In this document: positions 12,851-25,283 of the stretch, piece by piece | How the letters are laid out: each line of letters starts with the position of its first letter | Numbering within the stretch: position 1 is the first letter of the stretch | Assembly: GCA_951406725.2 (NCBI GenBank) | Contig: OX597818.1 | Coordinates: 94,302,001 to 94,366,000 of the forward strand | Source: Octopus vulgaris | Taxonomy: Eukaryota | Length of the DNA stretch: 64,000 nt | Direction of reading: 5' to 3' | Position numbers and translations under genes: made by a program | The notes under the pieces: generated by a model | Seen by the model: the letters and a program-made list of their open reading frames with translations, nothing else | Database searches by the model: none | What the model was told of the DNA's origin: nothing

Positions 12851-14197
12851 ACTGTTCAGCAATACATCAAGTTGTTCCTGAAAAAAGAAGATATGGAAAA
12901 TCATAAAATTTAGCCTGAACACACCATATATCATCATCATCATCATCATAATCATCATCATTTAATATCCATCTTTCATGCATTCATGGGTAGGATGATT
13001 GACAGGAGCTGGTGAGATAGAAGACTACCCCAGCTACTGCGTCTGTTTTGGCAAGGTTTTTACAGCTGAATGCCCTTCCTAACATCTTGATCTGCATAAG
13101 TTCATTATCAACACCAAGAGCTATAGTAGAAGAAATTTCTCCAAGATACTACAATAACATGGCCACTTTATTCCCAGGTCTGCTTTATATCTGTTTGCCT
13201 GTTTCCTAATTTACAATCCTATATTTCCTCCTCCTCATACCACAAGTCTCAAGGCTGTAGCTAGGAACACACTCTGCACCTACTATACTGCACTTAATAG
13301 ACACCAGATTCCGAGTAAGGTGAATAAGTAAATATAAAACAGATGGAAACTGGATCACTCTCTACAGTTGTTTCAAACAAATATTTTATAGGTGAAAAGA
13401 GTTATTACATCATGCAAAAAAGCTGTTTTCTTCAGGTGAATATACATGAATTCAACATTGTGTCACTTCATGATTCCTGGCCTCCTTTTTATTCGAGGTT
13501 AGCTAAATACATTTTTCTTCTAATATTATTGTCTTTCTATGTTTCACTTTTCATCCTATTTCAACCTTTTTGTTCATTTACATTTTCATATATTTATGTG
13601 TTTACCTATACATACACACTCTTTCACACACACACATGTATATATATATATACATACACACACATACACACATGTATATTTGTATCCTTTTTCTCACATG
13701 TAGATGCTATTTGTGGCTTTTATTACTCCCTGGTTGGCCTTAAACCCCTTGTCAGTGTGTCTCAATAATTTATCTAAGTTAGCAGTCTAGAACTTTTATG
13801 CAACCAGTTCTCTCTCATATTACTAATTTCAAGCCTTTGGGTAAAGCAATTTCATTTTTAGTCCTCCCCACTTCCACTTTCTATCTACTTAGTGACATCT
13901 ATAAACATACCCACCTTATTTCCTTTTAGGACGGACTACCTTCTAACTAATACTTTCATTGGTCATTTGATTTTGATTTTCATCTTTTCTTTCTTTTCTT
14001 TACAACTTGCCACTCATGCTGTGGCTAGTTTGGTTATTCACTTGTTCATCTTCACATAACAATGTAAACAGCATAAAGGTGATAGGACCTGAAGATTAGC
14101 CAAGCTGCTTTATGTATGTTACAACTTATGTAACAAACATCGCATTGCTATGAAACATTCCTAGCCTGTGTTTTACCTGTTCCATTCCTTACTTTTT

Positions 14198-14250
<53 letters not shown>

Positions 14251-14264
14251 GTATATGTTCATAT

Positions 14265-15358
14265 TTACATCTATATGTACATATACATATATATATATGC
14301 ATATGTGGGTACAGGACGTCACAGATGTGTACAACAAAAAAGTACGAAGCACGAGTACATGGAACATGAACTATTCTTTTGAACAACGAAAGACACAAAT
14401 GGAAAACAGTTTTGCATTTGTGTCTGTCATTGTTCGAAAGAATAGTTCATGTTCCATGTACTCGTGCTTCGTACTTTTTTGTTGTACATGTCTGTGATAC
14501 CCTGTACCCACATTTGCATATATATATATGTATAGATGTATGTACATATATGTATATATATATACATATATATACATATATATATATATATTATTATCAT
14601 TATATGATTGAATGCCACGCATCCTCTTCCAAGTAAGTTTTATCTTAATTCTGATGTGCACTCTAAATGATCTTTTTACTCTTTCCTTTTTCTCACTTTT
14701 CTCTTTCTTATTCTTTTCCCTCCTCTTCTCCCACTATTTTATCCTATTACTCTGTCACTCTCTCTCCCTCACTCCTCCTCCCTTACTCACATGGCTCCCA
14801 CGTGACTGTCGGCCATCTTTCTTTCTTTCTTTCCATTGTAGCTGGAACAAGGAAGACTTGTTCTTATTTGCCTTCTGTCCTAGCTTGATTTACACGTTCC
14901 CCCCACCACAACCTAGTTTAGGCTTAGCAGCCCTTCCTGTTTATTTTCACTGTCCTGTTTGTGTTACCAATTTTGACCCTCTACAAAATCCCAAATTTTA
15001 TTTAATTTGCTTTGCAGGAACTACTGTTTTATCGAAGGCGTCTATTGTTGTTAAATGCTGGAAATACAAGACTAGAAAAACAGCCAACAACTGATGAAGG
15101 GTCATTCTTTATGCCATTTGTTTTGTTTTCCATTTGTGTCTTTCATTGTTTGAAAGAATAGTTTATGTTCCATGCATTCGTGCTTCGTACTTTTTTTTGT
15201 TGTACACATCTGTGATGTCCTATGCTCACATATGCATATATGTATATAGGTAGAGATGTAAGTATGTACATATATGTATGTATATATACATATATATATA
15301 TATTATTTATATTATTATATGATTGAACACCACTCATCCTCTTCCAAGTAAGTTTTAA
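14265..15358 (+). mobile_element. Non-autonomous Penelope-like element with inverted plus tandem terminal repeats
   Basis: Hairpin 14265-14408/14410-14540; right arm (14410-14645) repeated directly at 15125-15357 (period about 716 bp) around a pyrimidine-rich non-coding body; flanked by (TA)n. Confidence 0.65.
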
Positions 15359-15491
15359 CTTATATATATATATATATATATATAAAAATGCAATATCCCT
15401 GCATATCTCACGTCTATTTTCATTCCTCCACTTCACTCTCTATTTTATATCTTATCTAGAATAACTATTGCTTAACCATTTTCTCACACCA

Positions 15492-15537
15492 TCTCCGATG
15501 AAGGGATATATAAAATATCCCGGAAACAAACGTAAGA
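15492..15537 (+). ncRNA. Minimal type I hammerhead ribozyme-like motif (U4C variant)
   Basis: TCT-CCGATGA-A-GGGATAT[ATAAA]ATATCCC-G-GAAAC-AAAC-GTA-AGA: 7-bp stem II, 3-bp stem I. Confidence 0.5.
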
Positions 15538-15790
15538 CCTTCTATTTATAAACGTTCTGAAATCTTTCACAGCCTTGGATTTTTATCCCATTCTGCAAAT
15601 TTTTTAATATATAAACATGCATTTATATATACACATGCTGATATATGACCTACGTTGGACTCCTCATTCGCATAATCACCAAAGCTGAAGCTTCATTATA
15701 GTCTATCCATAGCACTTACTCACCATTACCTGACACCTTTAGGTTTTATTGACACCATTACCTCTCATAACCTCTATACTCTATATATAC

Positions 15791-15831
<41 letters not shown>

Positions 15832-15851
15832 TGTGTGTGTGTGTGTTTGTG

Positions 15852-15906
<55 letters not shown>

Positions 15907-15922
15907 GTATATATATATGTAT

Positions 15923-17031
15923 TTCGAAACGTAGAGTAGATGAAACCTTAGCGACTGAAGAAGGGGTTTTTTCGTTGTGTTAATTGTCCCGTACTCCATT
16001 TCTTGTTTTTAAAAAAATGTCCAGTTCCTTTGGTTTGTGTCTATGTTTTCGTTTCTCTTTGTGTTCGACGTCCCTTTGGTGTCCTGTACTCATATATGCA
16101 TGTATATGTACATGTAGAGGTAGGTATGTACATATATGTTTATATATATGCATATGTTTTATTTCATTTATTAATATATTATATGACTAAACGCACGCAC
16201 CCTCTTAAGTAAGATTGTTCTGTATATCAAGTTTTTGTCTTGATATTAACTCTCACGCGCACTCTTCACCTTTCTGTCCCATCCCTATTCTTTGATTTTC
16301 TTTTTCCCCACTTAACTTGTCTCTTCCTCTCTCTCTCATTCTTCACTCTCTCTCTCCCCCTCATCATTCTTCATGGTCTCCTCGCAGCCATTCCCCTTCT
16401 TCTCTCCCTTCCTCTTGCTCCTCCTCCCCCTTCCCGTCGTCCACCCGCGACGATACTTCCGCCCTGACTGTCTTTTTGGCCTGGCCTTCAAGGTAACTGG
16501 ACGACATTCTTCCTGCTCTCCTGTCGTTCACAAAAAATTCTGCGTTTGCAATACTTTTTTCGTTCGGCATCAACAGCCCTTCTTATCTTGTTTTTCCCTG
16601 TCCTGTCTTTTACTGTTATATTTTTTTACTGTTTATATTTTTGTACTGTCGTTACTGTCCTGTTTTTTTACCATTTTTTTACCATTTTTTACCCCTCTGC
16701 GAAAAGATCTCAGAATTTTAATTGATTTGCTTTTCGCAGGAAGGAAAGTTTCTTGTCGAAGATACGTCTCGCTTTTATCCTTCGAAACGTAGAGTAGATG
16801 AAACCTTAGCGACTGAAGAAGGGGTTTTTTCGTTGTGTTAATTGTCCTGTACTCCATTTTTTGTTATTTTTAAAAAAATGTCCAGTTCCTTTGGTTTGTG
16901 TCTATGTTTTCGTTTCTCTTTGTGTTTGACGTCCCTTTGGTGTCCTGTACTCATCTATGCGCATATATGTACATGTAGAGGTAGGTACGTACATATATGT
17001 TTATATATATGCATATGTTTTATTTCATTTA

Positions 17032-17040
<9 letters not shown>
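15923..17040 (+). mobile_element. Non-autonomous Penelope/retrozyme-like unit with direct terminal repeats
   Basis: 15923-16179 duplicated at 16781-17040 (period 858 bp, near identical); non-coding pyrimidine-rich body; inserted in (TA)n; homologous solo end at 52835-53140 (-). Confidence 0.65.
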
Positions 17041-17074
<34 letters not shown>

Positions 17075-17819
17075 TTATTATACAATCAAGAAGAAATATA
17101 AAGTGCATAGAAAAGAATAAAATAGAAGAGAAAATATAATCAAAATAATAGATTAAAAAATAAATAAAAAGTGATACCAGAACATATTTTGTTGAATTTT
17201 CATTCGTGGAAAATATTCTTAATAAAATAAAAGCTATTTAAATTAAAACCAAACAAACAGAAAAATGAAAAAGAGTAGCAAAGATAAAAAAAAAATCAAA
17301 TTTTCAATAAATCATTGAAAAAAATGTGAGAAAAACAAAAATGATGAAAGACTGAAGAAATCGATTCAAATTGAATTAAATGATTTTCAGTGAAATTATT
17401 GAGCCATTAGGGCAAGTAATAAGTTTATTCAGATACTTACATAAGTTGGGTTTTTTTCTTTTTTTCAACTGGATTTCAATCTAGTTCCCATGTTGTTTCT
17501 GGATATTTCATTTTCCTATTTAGCTCCATTTATTAAATGCTGTAGTGAACTATTTGATGACAGGTCTGTTGTTGCTGATGCTGTTGTTGTTGTTGTTGTT
17601 GTTGTTGCTGTTGCTGTTGTTTGAGCTTGTTTTGAGTTGGTCCGGTGACTTGCTATATTATTTAAAAAATTTTTATTTTAACTCTATCATGTGTATCATG
17701 TCATATTTTGTGCTTGTGTAATGACATGTGTACATGCGTGTATGTAATATGTTTGAAAGACATATATACATAGATACACACACACACACACACACATACA
17801 TACATGTACGTATGTATGT

Positions 17820-19031
17820 CATTATTCAGTTTTATTTCAAATTTTTTTGCCAATAGAGAGTCAGTTCTAATCTAGATCCAAGGCTCCTTCATTGGAATTT
17901 CAACAATATCAGCAGTGTATTTGTGTATGCATGTGTATATGTGCAGTATCTGGTGTCAGTGCATGTATAGATTTGTATGTTTTGTTTTATGTATGTATTC
18001 TACTGCATATAGTTGCATGTCTAGATATGTGCATATATACTTAAATGATAAAGTTCTGGAAAGTTTTACAGATTTTTATAGTTCCAGTGATGGCTTGGAT
18101 CTGTAGTTATAGAATCAGCTTTTTCCTTTCTGGTTTTGAGAAGCCTAGTTTCTCAAGATTGGTGCTTAGACAGTATGTTACTTATACTAGTGTCCCAGTA
18201 AATACAGGTATAAACCTGAACTAGAGTAAATGTAGATTTCTCAATAGTTCAGCATAGGTATTTTCTCAATAGTTTAGCATAGCTAGCATCTGATGGGCAA
18301 CTGATTTATGCTAACATCTGGGCAACTGATTTCCAGTTTCTCTTCTCTATTCCAAATCACTATGTCTACATTTTATTGAGGTTTTCACTAGGACATCCCA
18401 CCAGCACTTCTCATTATGAGTGGCTATGACTGCTATCATACTGTAGGCTCTTATTTCGTTGGCCTCAGGTTATCCTTCCAATGGATCTCATTATACAGTG
18501 TTTTAGCTACAACATTGTGCCTCATTGGTAAATAATGCTGTGATGACATTTTCAGACAACTGCTTAATGATGTGGATGATATTTTCAGTGTTTACTTCAC
18601 AAAGTCTGCATCAGTTATGAGATTTTGGTGCATTTCCTGCATCACTGTCCTTTTTGCGCATCAAGTATTTGGTTATTTCCCATTCCTGGATTGCAAATAC
18701 ATATCCTTCAAAGTGACAGGTTGTTGGTCCATGATACATTGCTTTGATAATCGATGCTACCATTATCCCAGAGCTTTCTGCTAACATACCTATGTGTGGT
18801 CTTCTGCTGATACATGCCCATCTTTTCATCTGATGATGCGTTGTGGTAGAGTCATGTGACTTCTCAGGCACAGGAGTGGCTGTGTGGTAAGTAGCTTGCT
18901 TACCAACCATATGGTTCCAGGTTCTGTCCCACTGCATGGCACCTTGGGCAAGTGTCTTCTACTATAGCCTAGGGCTGACCTAAGCCTTGTGAGTGGATTT
19001 GGTCGATGGAAACTGAAAGAAGCCTGTTGTA

Positions 19032-19086
<55 letters not shown>

Positions 19087-19900
19087 ATATGTATGTGTGT
19101 CTGTGTTTGTCTCCCCAACATTATTTGACAACCGATGCTGGTGTGGTTACGTCCCCATAACTTAGCAGTTCAGCAAAAGAGACCAATAGAATAAGTACTA
19201 TGCTTACAAAGAATGTCCTGGGGTCGATTTGCTTGACTAAAGGCGGTGCTCCAGCATGGCCACAGTTAAATGACTGAAACAAGTAAAAGACAGTAAGAGA
19301 TGTATTGAAGGTTATCAGACAAGGAATGCTGCTCAAAGAGCTGCTTTCCAAATCTCATGATGTCATCAGTCTCAGGAATGCAAACTTGGTCAAAGGATGC
19401 ACTTCTACACTTGTTGGTTAAAAGATGTTGCCAAAGAGATATGATACAACATTCAAAGGCAGTCTGGATTGATGTTAAGCTTCCACACCCTTGTTTTCAT
19501 TTTAGGTAGAGGTCGTCTATGTCACTGTTTATGTGGAAATTGTGTGTGCCTGTTAGTATTTTCCAGGTTTGCACATCAATGGCTCGGTTTTCATCAAGCA
19601 TTCAATCAAGTAGACCAAATGTTGGTATGAGCACTGGTACTGCAAACACATTGTGGACCACTCTTTTATTGGATGCCAAGAGTTCTGAGGCCCATATTTT
19701 CTTTATTCAGCTGTAATATTCTTTAGTGACATGTGTCTTGTTATAGGTGCCATCAAAAGATGTTTTCATCTACTGCTAGGTACCTGTAACATTCTCATCA
19801 GATATAAGGGAAACAGTTGTCATTGATGGGGATGCTGCTACTCTGGTTTACAGCAGTTTTCCCTCTTTTCACAACTGAATAGCAACATTTATCTTGACTA
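17820..19900 (-). mobile_element. R4/NeSL-type non-LTR retrotransposon (RLE endonuclease), 3' portion, pseudogenised and split by a SINE
   Basis: Minus strand YRYLAVDENI...KKIWASEL...HNVFAVPVLIPTFG...NFHINSDIDDLY; FEGYVFAIQE; CCHC knuckle CRLC..NIIHII.SC; terminal LQIQAITGTIKICKTFQNFII*. Confidence 0.8.
18867..19297 (+). mobile_element. SINE family A (tRNA head, CORE-like, internal microsatellite), full length
   Basis: GGCACAGGAGTGGCTGTGTGGTAAGTAGCTTGC...GGTTCTGTCCC...ACCTTGGGCAAGTGTCTTC...(TA)n(TG)n...ATGACTGAAACAAGTAAAAGA; more than 10 homologues in the window. Confidence 0.9.
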
Positions 19901-19944
19901 ATATGTATGTAATATGTGAAATGTATATATATATGTATATATAG

Positions 19945-20140
19945 TTAATCCAAACATGAAAACACAAAGAGAAAACACAACAACGTGAGGACGTGGAACA
20001 AATATAGTATTATTGGACGCTCAGGAAGGAAGGGAGAAGGAGGGTTTAATGTTTCGAGCGGAGCTCTTCGTCGGAAACATAGGAGAAGGAAAGATCCAGA
20101 GAAGGGAAGACAGAAGAAAAAAATCGCCAACGGTACACAC
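19945..20140 (-). mobile_element. Penelope-like 3' terminal fragment carrying a hammerhead motif
   Basis: Contains the motif at 20044-20078; downstream CCTGAGCGTCCAATAATAC resembles the tails at 30.0 and 45.2 kb. Confidence 0.55.
20044..20078 (-). ncRNA. Minimal type I hammerhead ribozyme-like motif
   Basis: Minus strand GTTT-CCGACGA-A-GAGC[TCC]GCTC-GAAAC-ATT-AAAC: stem I GTTT/AAAC, stem II GAGC/GCTC. Confidence 0.55.
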
Positions 20141-20308
20141 GCGTATGCATACCCACATACATGCGCCTAGGTGCATATGCTCGTCCACACTTGCTTGAAA
20201 CACACACACATGCGCACCTCCACATTCGCCATAAAATAATTTCTGCATACACACACACATCCAAAATGATGAAACCCCTCTGTCACAAGAACTGATTACT
20301 GTACAATG

Positions 20309-20348
20309 TCCCTTGAAAAGCTAATTTAAATAGCGAAAACCGGTTGGA
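20309..20348 (+). ncRNA. Hammerhead-like motif with U3-A8 core covariation
   Basis: TCCC-TTGAAAA-GCTA[ATTTAAA]TAGC-GAAA-ACCGGT-T-GGA; palindromic stem III region ACCGGT. Confidence 0.5.
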
Positions 20349-20531
20349 TTTCACGACATCCATATATAATATATATATATTTATAAAAAGATATCAAACT
20401 ATATGAAACTAAGGCATTTCTCTTCCACTTTTTGTATTTATTTCCACATATTTTCAACTCATAATTTTGCCACGTGGTGTATACTAAATCTTCAGTATCT
20501 TTATACGCTGTATATTTTTATATTTCTATAT

Positions 20532-20582
<51 letters not shown>

Positions 20583-20598
20583 GATACGTACATACAAG

Positions 20599-20635
<37 letters not shown>

Positions 20636-20643
20636 GCATACAT

Positions 20644-20674
<31 letters not shown>

Positions 20675-21501
20675 CATATATATATATCGCATGTAATTAA
20701 AACAAATTATTTTCCGTCCAGTCTTCCTTTGATTTTTTTCAACACCTGTGCACATCATTTTGCCAAAGTAGCAACATATCTCAATGAATCTTACTTATTG
20801 GCACAGTTACTAAAAGTGTGTCTGTGTCGGTTAGTACTTGTGTGTTCTGTATGTGCACATATCATACACACATACATGCAGGTATACATACATATGTATG
20901 TAAGCATGCACACATACATGAGTATATACATACAAATATAAGTGGTTTCAAGCTAATTTTATTTTGATTTTAAGTGAATTTGTTCACAACGAGCATCTAA
21001 TTCCGTAATCAGATTAAAAATATATCCTTATTCCATGGGGCTGGAGATTAGGGTGCAATGAAGTAGGAAGTAGTTTAGAGTATACAGAAAGACCTTGCAA
21101 AAATATATAGTGCTATACTCTTTTATTGATTTGAAAGGGTTGATAAATGAAAGCCTGTAGTTTTGTTGTGATGGGTTTGTATGTGGTTATAAAGAATCCC
21201 CAGTGCTCATTATCTAAGTAAAAGTAGATAAAAGACTACCAGGTTAGAGGTCGGTCAAGATCTATATATCTCTACCCATACTCACAACACAGACTTTTAC
21301 CAGGCCTTACCACCCATTCTGAAACATACTATGGCTACTTTTATGACTCCCTATTTTATCCCTCCCTACCATATATGATAAGAATATATTTTTAATTTGG
21401 TTATGGAATTCATTTACAATTGAAACTGAATTGACATAAACTAGTTACCAAATCAAGAATCCTCCTCCTCCTCCTCCCACATGTGCTCACACTCCTCCTT
21501 C

Positions 21502-21645
21502 AATCATCATCATCATCATCATCATCACCATCACCATCATCATCATCATCATCACCATCATCACCATCATCCCACCCATCATCATCATCATTGTTGTTGT
21601 CGTCGTCGTCATCATCGTCGTCGTCGTCGTCGTCATCATCATCGT
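21502..21645. repeat. (CAT)n/(CGT)n triplet microsatellite
   Basis: Direct inspection. Confidence 0.9.
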
Positions 21646-22563
21646 CTTGTCTTCTTTCCTTGCCAGCATGCATTGGACAGATCATGATGGCCCAAGTTTT
21701 TTTCTTATTCAGAGCTACTGCCTCCCCAGGTAGGTTGGAAAACCATGTCCCAATGGTACATTTCATTTTTTAGTTTAGTTTCTTTAGCTGGATGCCCTTC
21801 CAAATACAGTCACTTTACATAGTGTAGCAGATGTATTTTACCATGGAATCAATGGTAGAGAGGTTGTTATCTCCTTTCATGGTATTGTCTCTGCCCATTC
21901 ACCCAGTCACTTTGAAGAGTGTATTGGGTGCATTCTATCATGGCACCAGCACTACCAAGGATGTGTTATACCCTATTACACTATAAAGTCTTCACTAATC
22001 CATGGTATGTCCATTTGCTCAAGGTAGTGTGACCAAAAGAGGGAGTCAGAATCAAAGAATAAAAGAATGAGGAGTGGGTGGAGAGGATAATAGTATGATG
22101 GTGGAAACATGACCTGGTGAGTGAAAAGTAGAAAGCGGGGAGAGAGTGATGAATAATTGTAGAGGGGAATGATGGTGAGAGAGAATGGGGGATGTCAATA
22201 ATGAATGGCCTGGTGGGAGATGGCATTAAGATTGGCACTGAAAAATGGGTAGAACATATTGGATATAAACATATGAAATGAATTATGAAATGAACATATG
22301 AATTATACATAGGCTCATGATGGGTGATAGACAAAGGATCACAATGATGGTGATAATGGAGTGGAATGCAAAGGTTATATAGGTGTCATTGTACAGTGAA
22401 TAGAAGGGAGCTTGGTTTGAGAGATGAGAGATATACTAAAGGCAACAAATGTAGACTTAACAGTGACATGTTGGGTGAGAAACTCAAATGTGTGTGTGTG
22501 TGTGTGTGTGCATACATACATACATACATATATGTGTATGCATACACATACACTTATATGTGT

Positions 22564-24425
22564 ATCATCATCATCATCGTTTAACTTCCGTTCTCCATGG
22601 GTTGGACGGTTCAACTGGGGATCTGGGAAGCCAGAAGGCTGCACCAGGCTCCAGTCTGATCTGGCAGTGTTTCTACAGCCGGATGCCCTTCCTAACACCA
22701 ACCACTCCGTGAGTGTAGTGGGTGCTTTTTACGTGCCACCGGCACAGGTGCCAGGCGAGGCTGGCAACGGTCACGATCGGATTGGTGCTTTTTACGTGCC
22801 ACCGGCACGGAAGCCAGTCAAGATGGCGCTAGCATCGGCCACGATTTGGATGGTGCTTTTTACATGCCACCGGCACAGAGATCACAACTGCAGTTTCCAT
22901 TGATTTTTGATGTTGGTGTACTTGACTCAATGGATCTCCTCAAGCACAGGGTCGAAACGGTGTTTCTTTACTTGCCACCTGCACAGGAGTCAGTCCAGCA
23001 GTCCTGGCAACTGCTGGGTGCCAGTCATAGGATTGGTTCAATTTCGATTCCAATTTCACTTGCCCCAACAGGTCTTCACAAGCAGAGTTTAGTGTCCAAT
23101 GAAGGGAGGTTGGCATGGGTGCCTGTTGTCGGATGAGGTTCGATTTCAACTTTGCTTGCCTGAACAGGTCTTTGTGTGTCTAAAGGAGGAAAGGCATGCA
23201 TAAGTAGGCTGGCTGGGATGGACTCACTTGTTCTGTCGGGTCTTCTCACGCACAGTATATTTCCAAAGGTTTCGGTCACTAGTCATTGCCTTAGTGAGGC
23301 CTAAAGTTCAAGGTTGTGCTTTACCACCTCGTCCCAGGTTTTCCTGGGTCTACCTCTTCCACAGATTCTCTCAACTTCTAGGGATTGACACTTTTTCACA
23401 CACCTATCTTCATCCATTCTTGCCACATGACCATACCAGTGCAATCGCCTCTCTTGCACACCACAGCTGATGCTTCTTAGGTCTAACATTTCTCTCAAGG
23501 TACTTATACTCTGTTGAGTATGTACACTGACATTACACATCCATCGGAGCATACTAGTTTCATTCCTCGTGAGCTTACGCATGTCCTCAGCAGTCATGGC
23601 CCATGTTTCACTGCCATGTAGCATGGCTGTTCGTACACATGCATCATACAGTCTGCCTTTTACTCTGAGAGAGAGGCCTTTAGTCACCAGCAGAGGTAAG
23701 AGCTCCCTGAACTTTGCCCAGGCTATTCTTACTCTAGCAGTTACACTTTCAGCACACCCACCCCCGCTACTGACTTGGTCACCTAGATAACAGAAGCTAT
23801 CAACTACTTCTAGTTTTTCCCCCTGGAAAGTGACGGAAGTGGTTTTCTGTAGATTTTCAGTGCTTATTGCTCCTGAGCATCTGCCACATACAAAAACTAT
23901 CTTCCCAGTTAGCCTTCCTTTGACATTGCTGCACCTCTTATGTGTCCATAGCTTACACTGGGTACATCTTATAGAGTTTCTACCTACGCCTTTTCTACAG
24001 ATCTAGCAGGGCTATCTACCTGAAGGCGTATGTGGTTTGTCTACCTTCCTACTTATTAGGACTTTGGTTTTAGGTAGGTTGACTCTAAGGCCCTTTGATT
24101 CTAATCCTTGCTTCCACACCTGAAATTTCTCCTCCAGTTCTGATAGTGACTCAGCAATTAGAGCAAGGTCGTCAGCATAGAGAGCTCCCAGGGGCATTCT
24201 GTCTTGAATTCCTCCGTAATTGCCTGGAGGACTATGATAAATAGGAGGGGGCTGAGGACTGAACCCTGGTGGACCCCAACCTCTACCTTGAATTCTTCAG
24301 TGTACACGTTGCCAACCCTTACCTTACTTACAGCATCCCTGTACATGGCTTGCACAGCTCTCACCAGCCATTCATCTATTCCTAGCTTCCTCATTGACCA
24401 ACAGACAAAGGATCGGGGGACCCTG
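22564..24425 (-). mobile_element. RTE family 1 LINE, 5'-truncated (RT C-half, PHD insertion, 3' UTR, (GAT)n tail)
   Basis: [32 protein letters not shown] (24168-24179), [19 protein letters not shown]; tail ...GTTAAACGATGATGATGAT; frameshifts and stops. Confidence 0.92.
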
Positions 24426-24456
24426 ATATATATATGTGCATATATATATGTGCATA

Positions 24457-24513
<57 letters not shown>

Positions 24514-25283
24514 ATGTATGTATGTATGTATGTATGTATGTAGGTAGGTATGTATGTCTATATGTATCACCTAAGACCATATGTTTTATGGTTGTCCCAA
24601 TAAGGCAAAAAAAAAAAATTAAATAAGCATTTTCTATACATCTTACTGAATTTGCATTCAAACTTTTAATCCTACCAAATATCGTGTAAAAATTATTATC
24701 TACCTTGTACTAACTGGTCACTAAGAGACACTATAGGTATGTATAGTATGTCAGGAAGCATGGCGTGTCAAAGAGAGGTAGCACCTTTGACAGGAAAACA
24801 TCACATTTTAGAGATGGTTTGTTTGCTTTGGTCTCCACCTGGTACTCATCTCTCACCTGTAACTCCAAGTAGCTGTTTACAAGTAATGGCAGCCACACAC
24901 CAGTAAGTTGCTTTGACTGGCAAGCTAGAGCAGGTGAGATGAGCTAATGGCATGTAGTAACTGTGATTTAAGGCTTGCCTACCTGTGCATGTGAAAGTGG
25001 GATCTGGTGGACTCTTTATGGTTTAATGGAGAGGGAGGTGGTGTAGCAATGAATTGTAGAGTGCAGAGAGCAAAGTGAGGCAAGCAAGATATGTTGGTTA
25101 TCCACTGCATTCCCCAGTCATCTTGACCTGGCCTTGCCACTGGATTGAAAATGGTTACAGAAGACAGTGAGGTTGATGGAGCATAACTCTTCCTCACTTT
25201 AAACAAAATCACAATATAAGTCATTAGTCAGCCTTCACCCAAGATGACCAGATGGTCTTGTCATTTCAAGGAATGAACATATA

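Noticed and set aside
17524-17563. Short AG...GT segment encoding LHLLNAVVNYLMT
   Set aside because: Only 40 bp, weak donor GTCTGT, no partner exons; expected by chance
22721-22990. CRISPR-like repeat-spacer pattern
   Set aside because: Eukaryotic context, no cas genes, linkers resemble each other, and the array sits inside a LINE 3' UTR present in many copies
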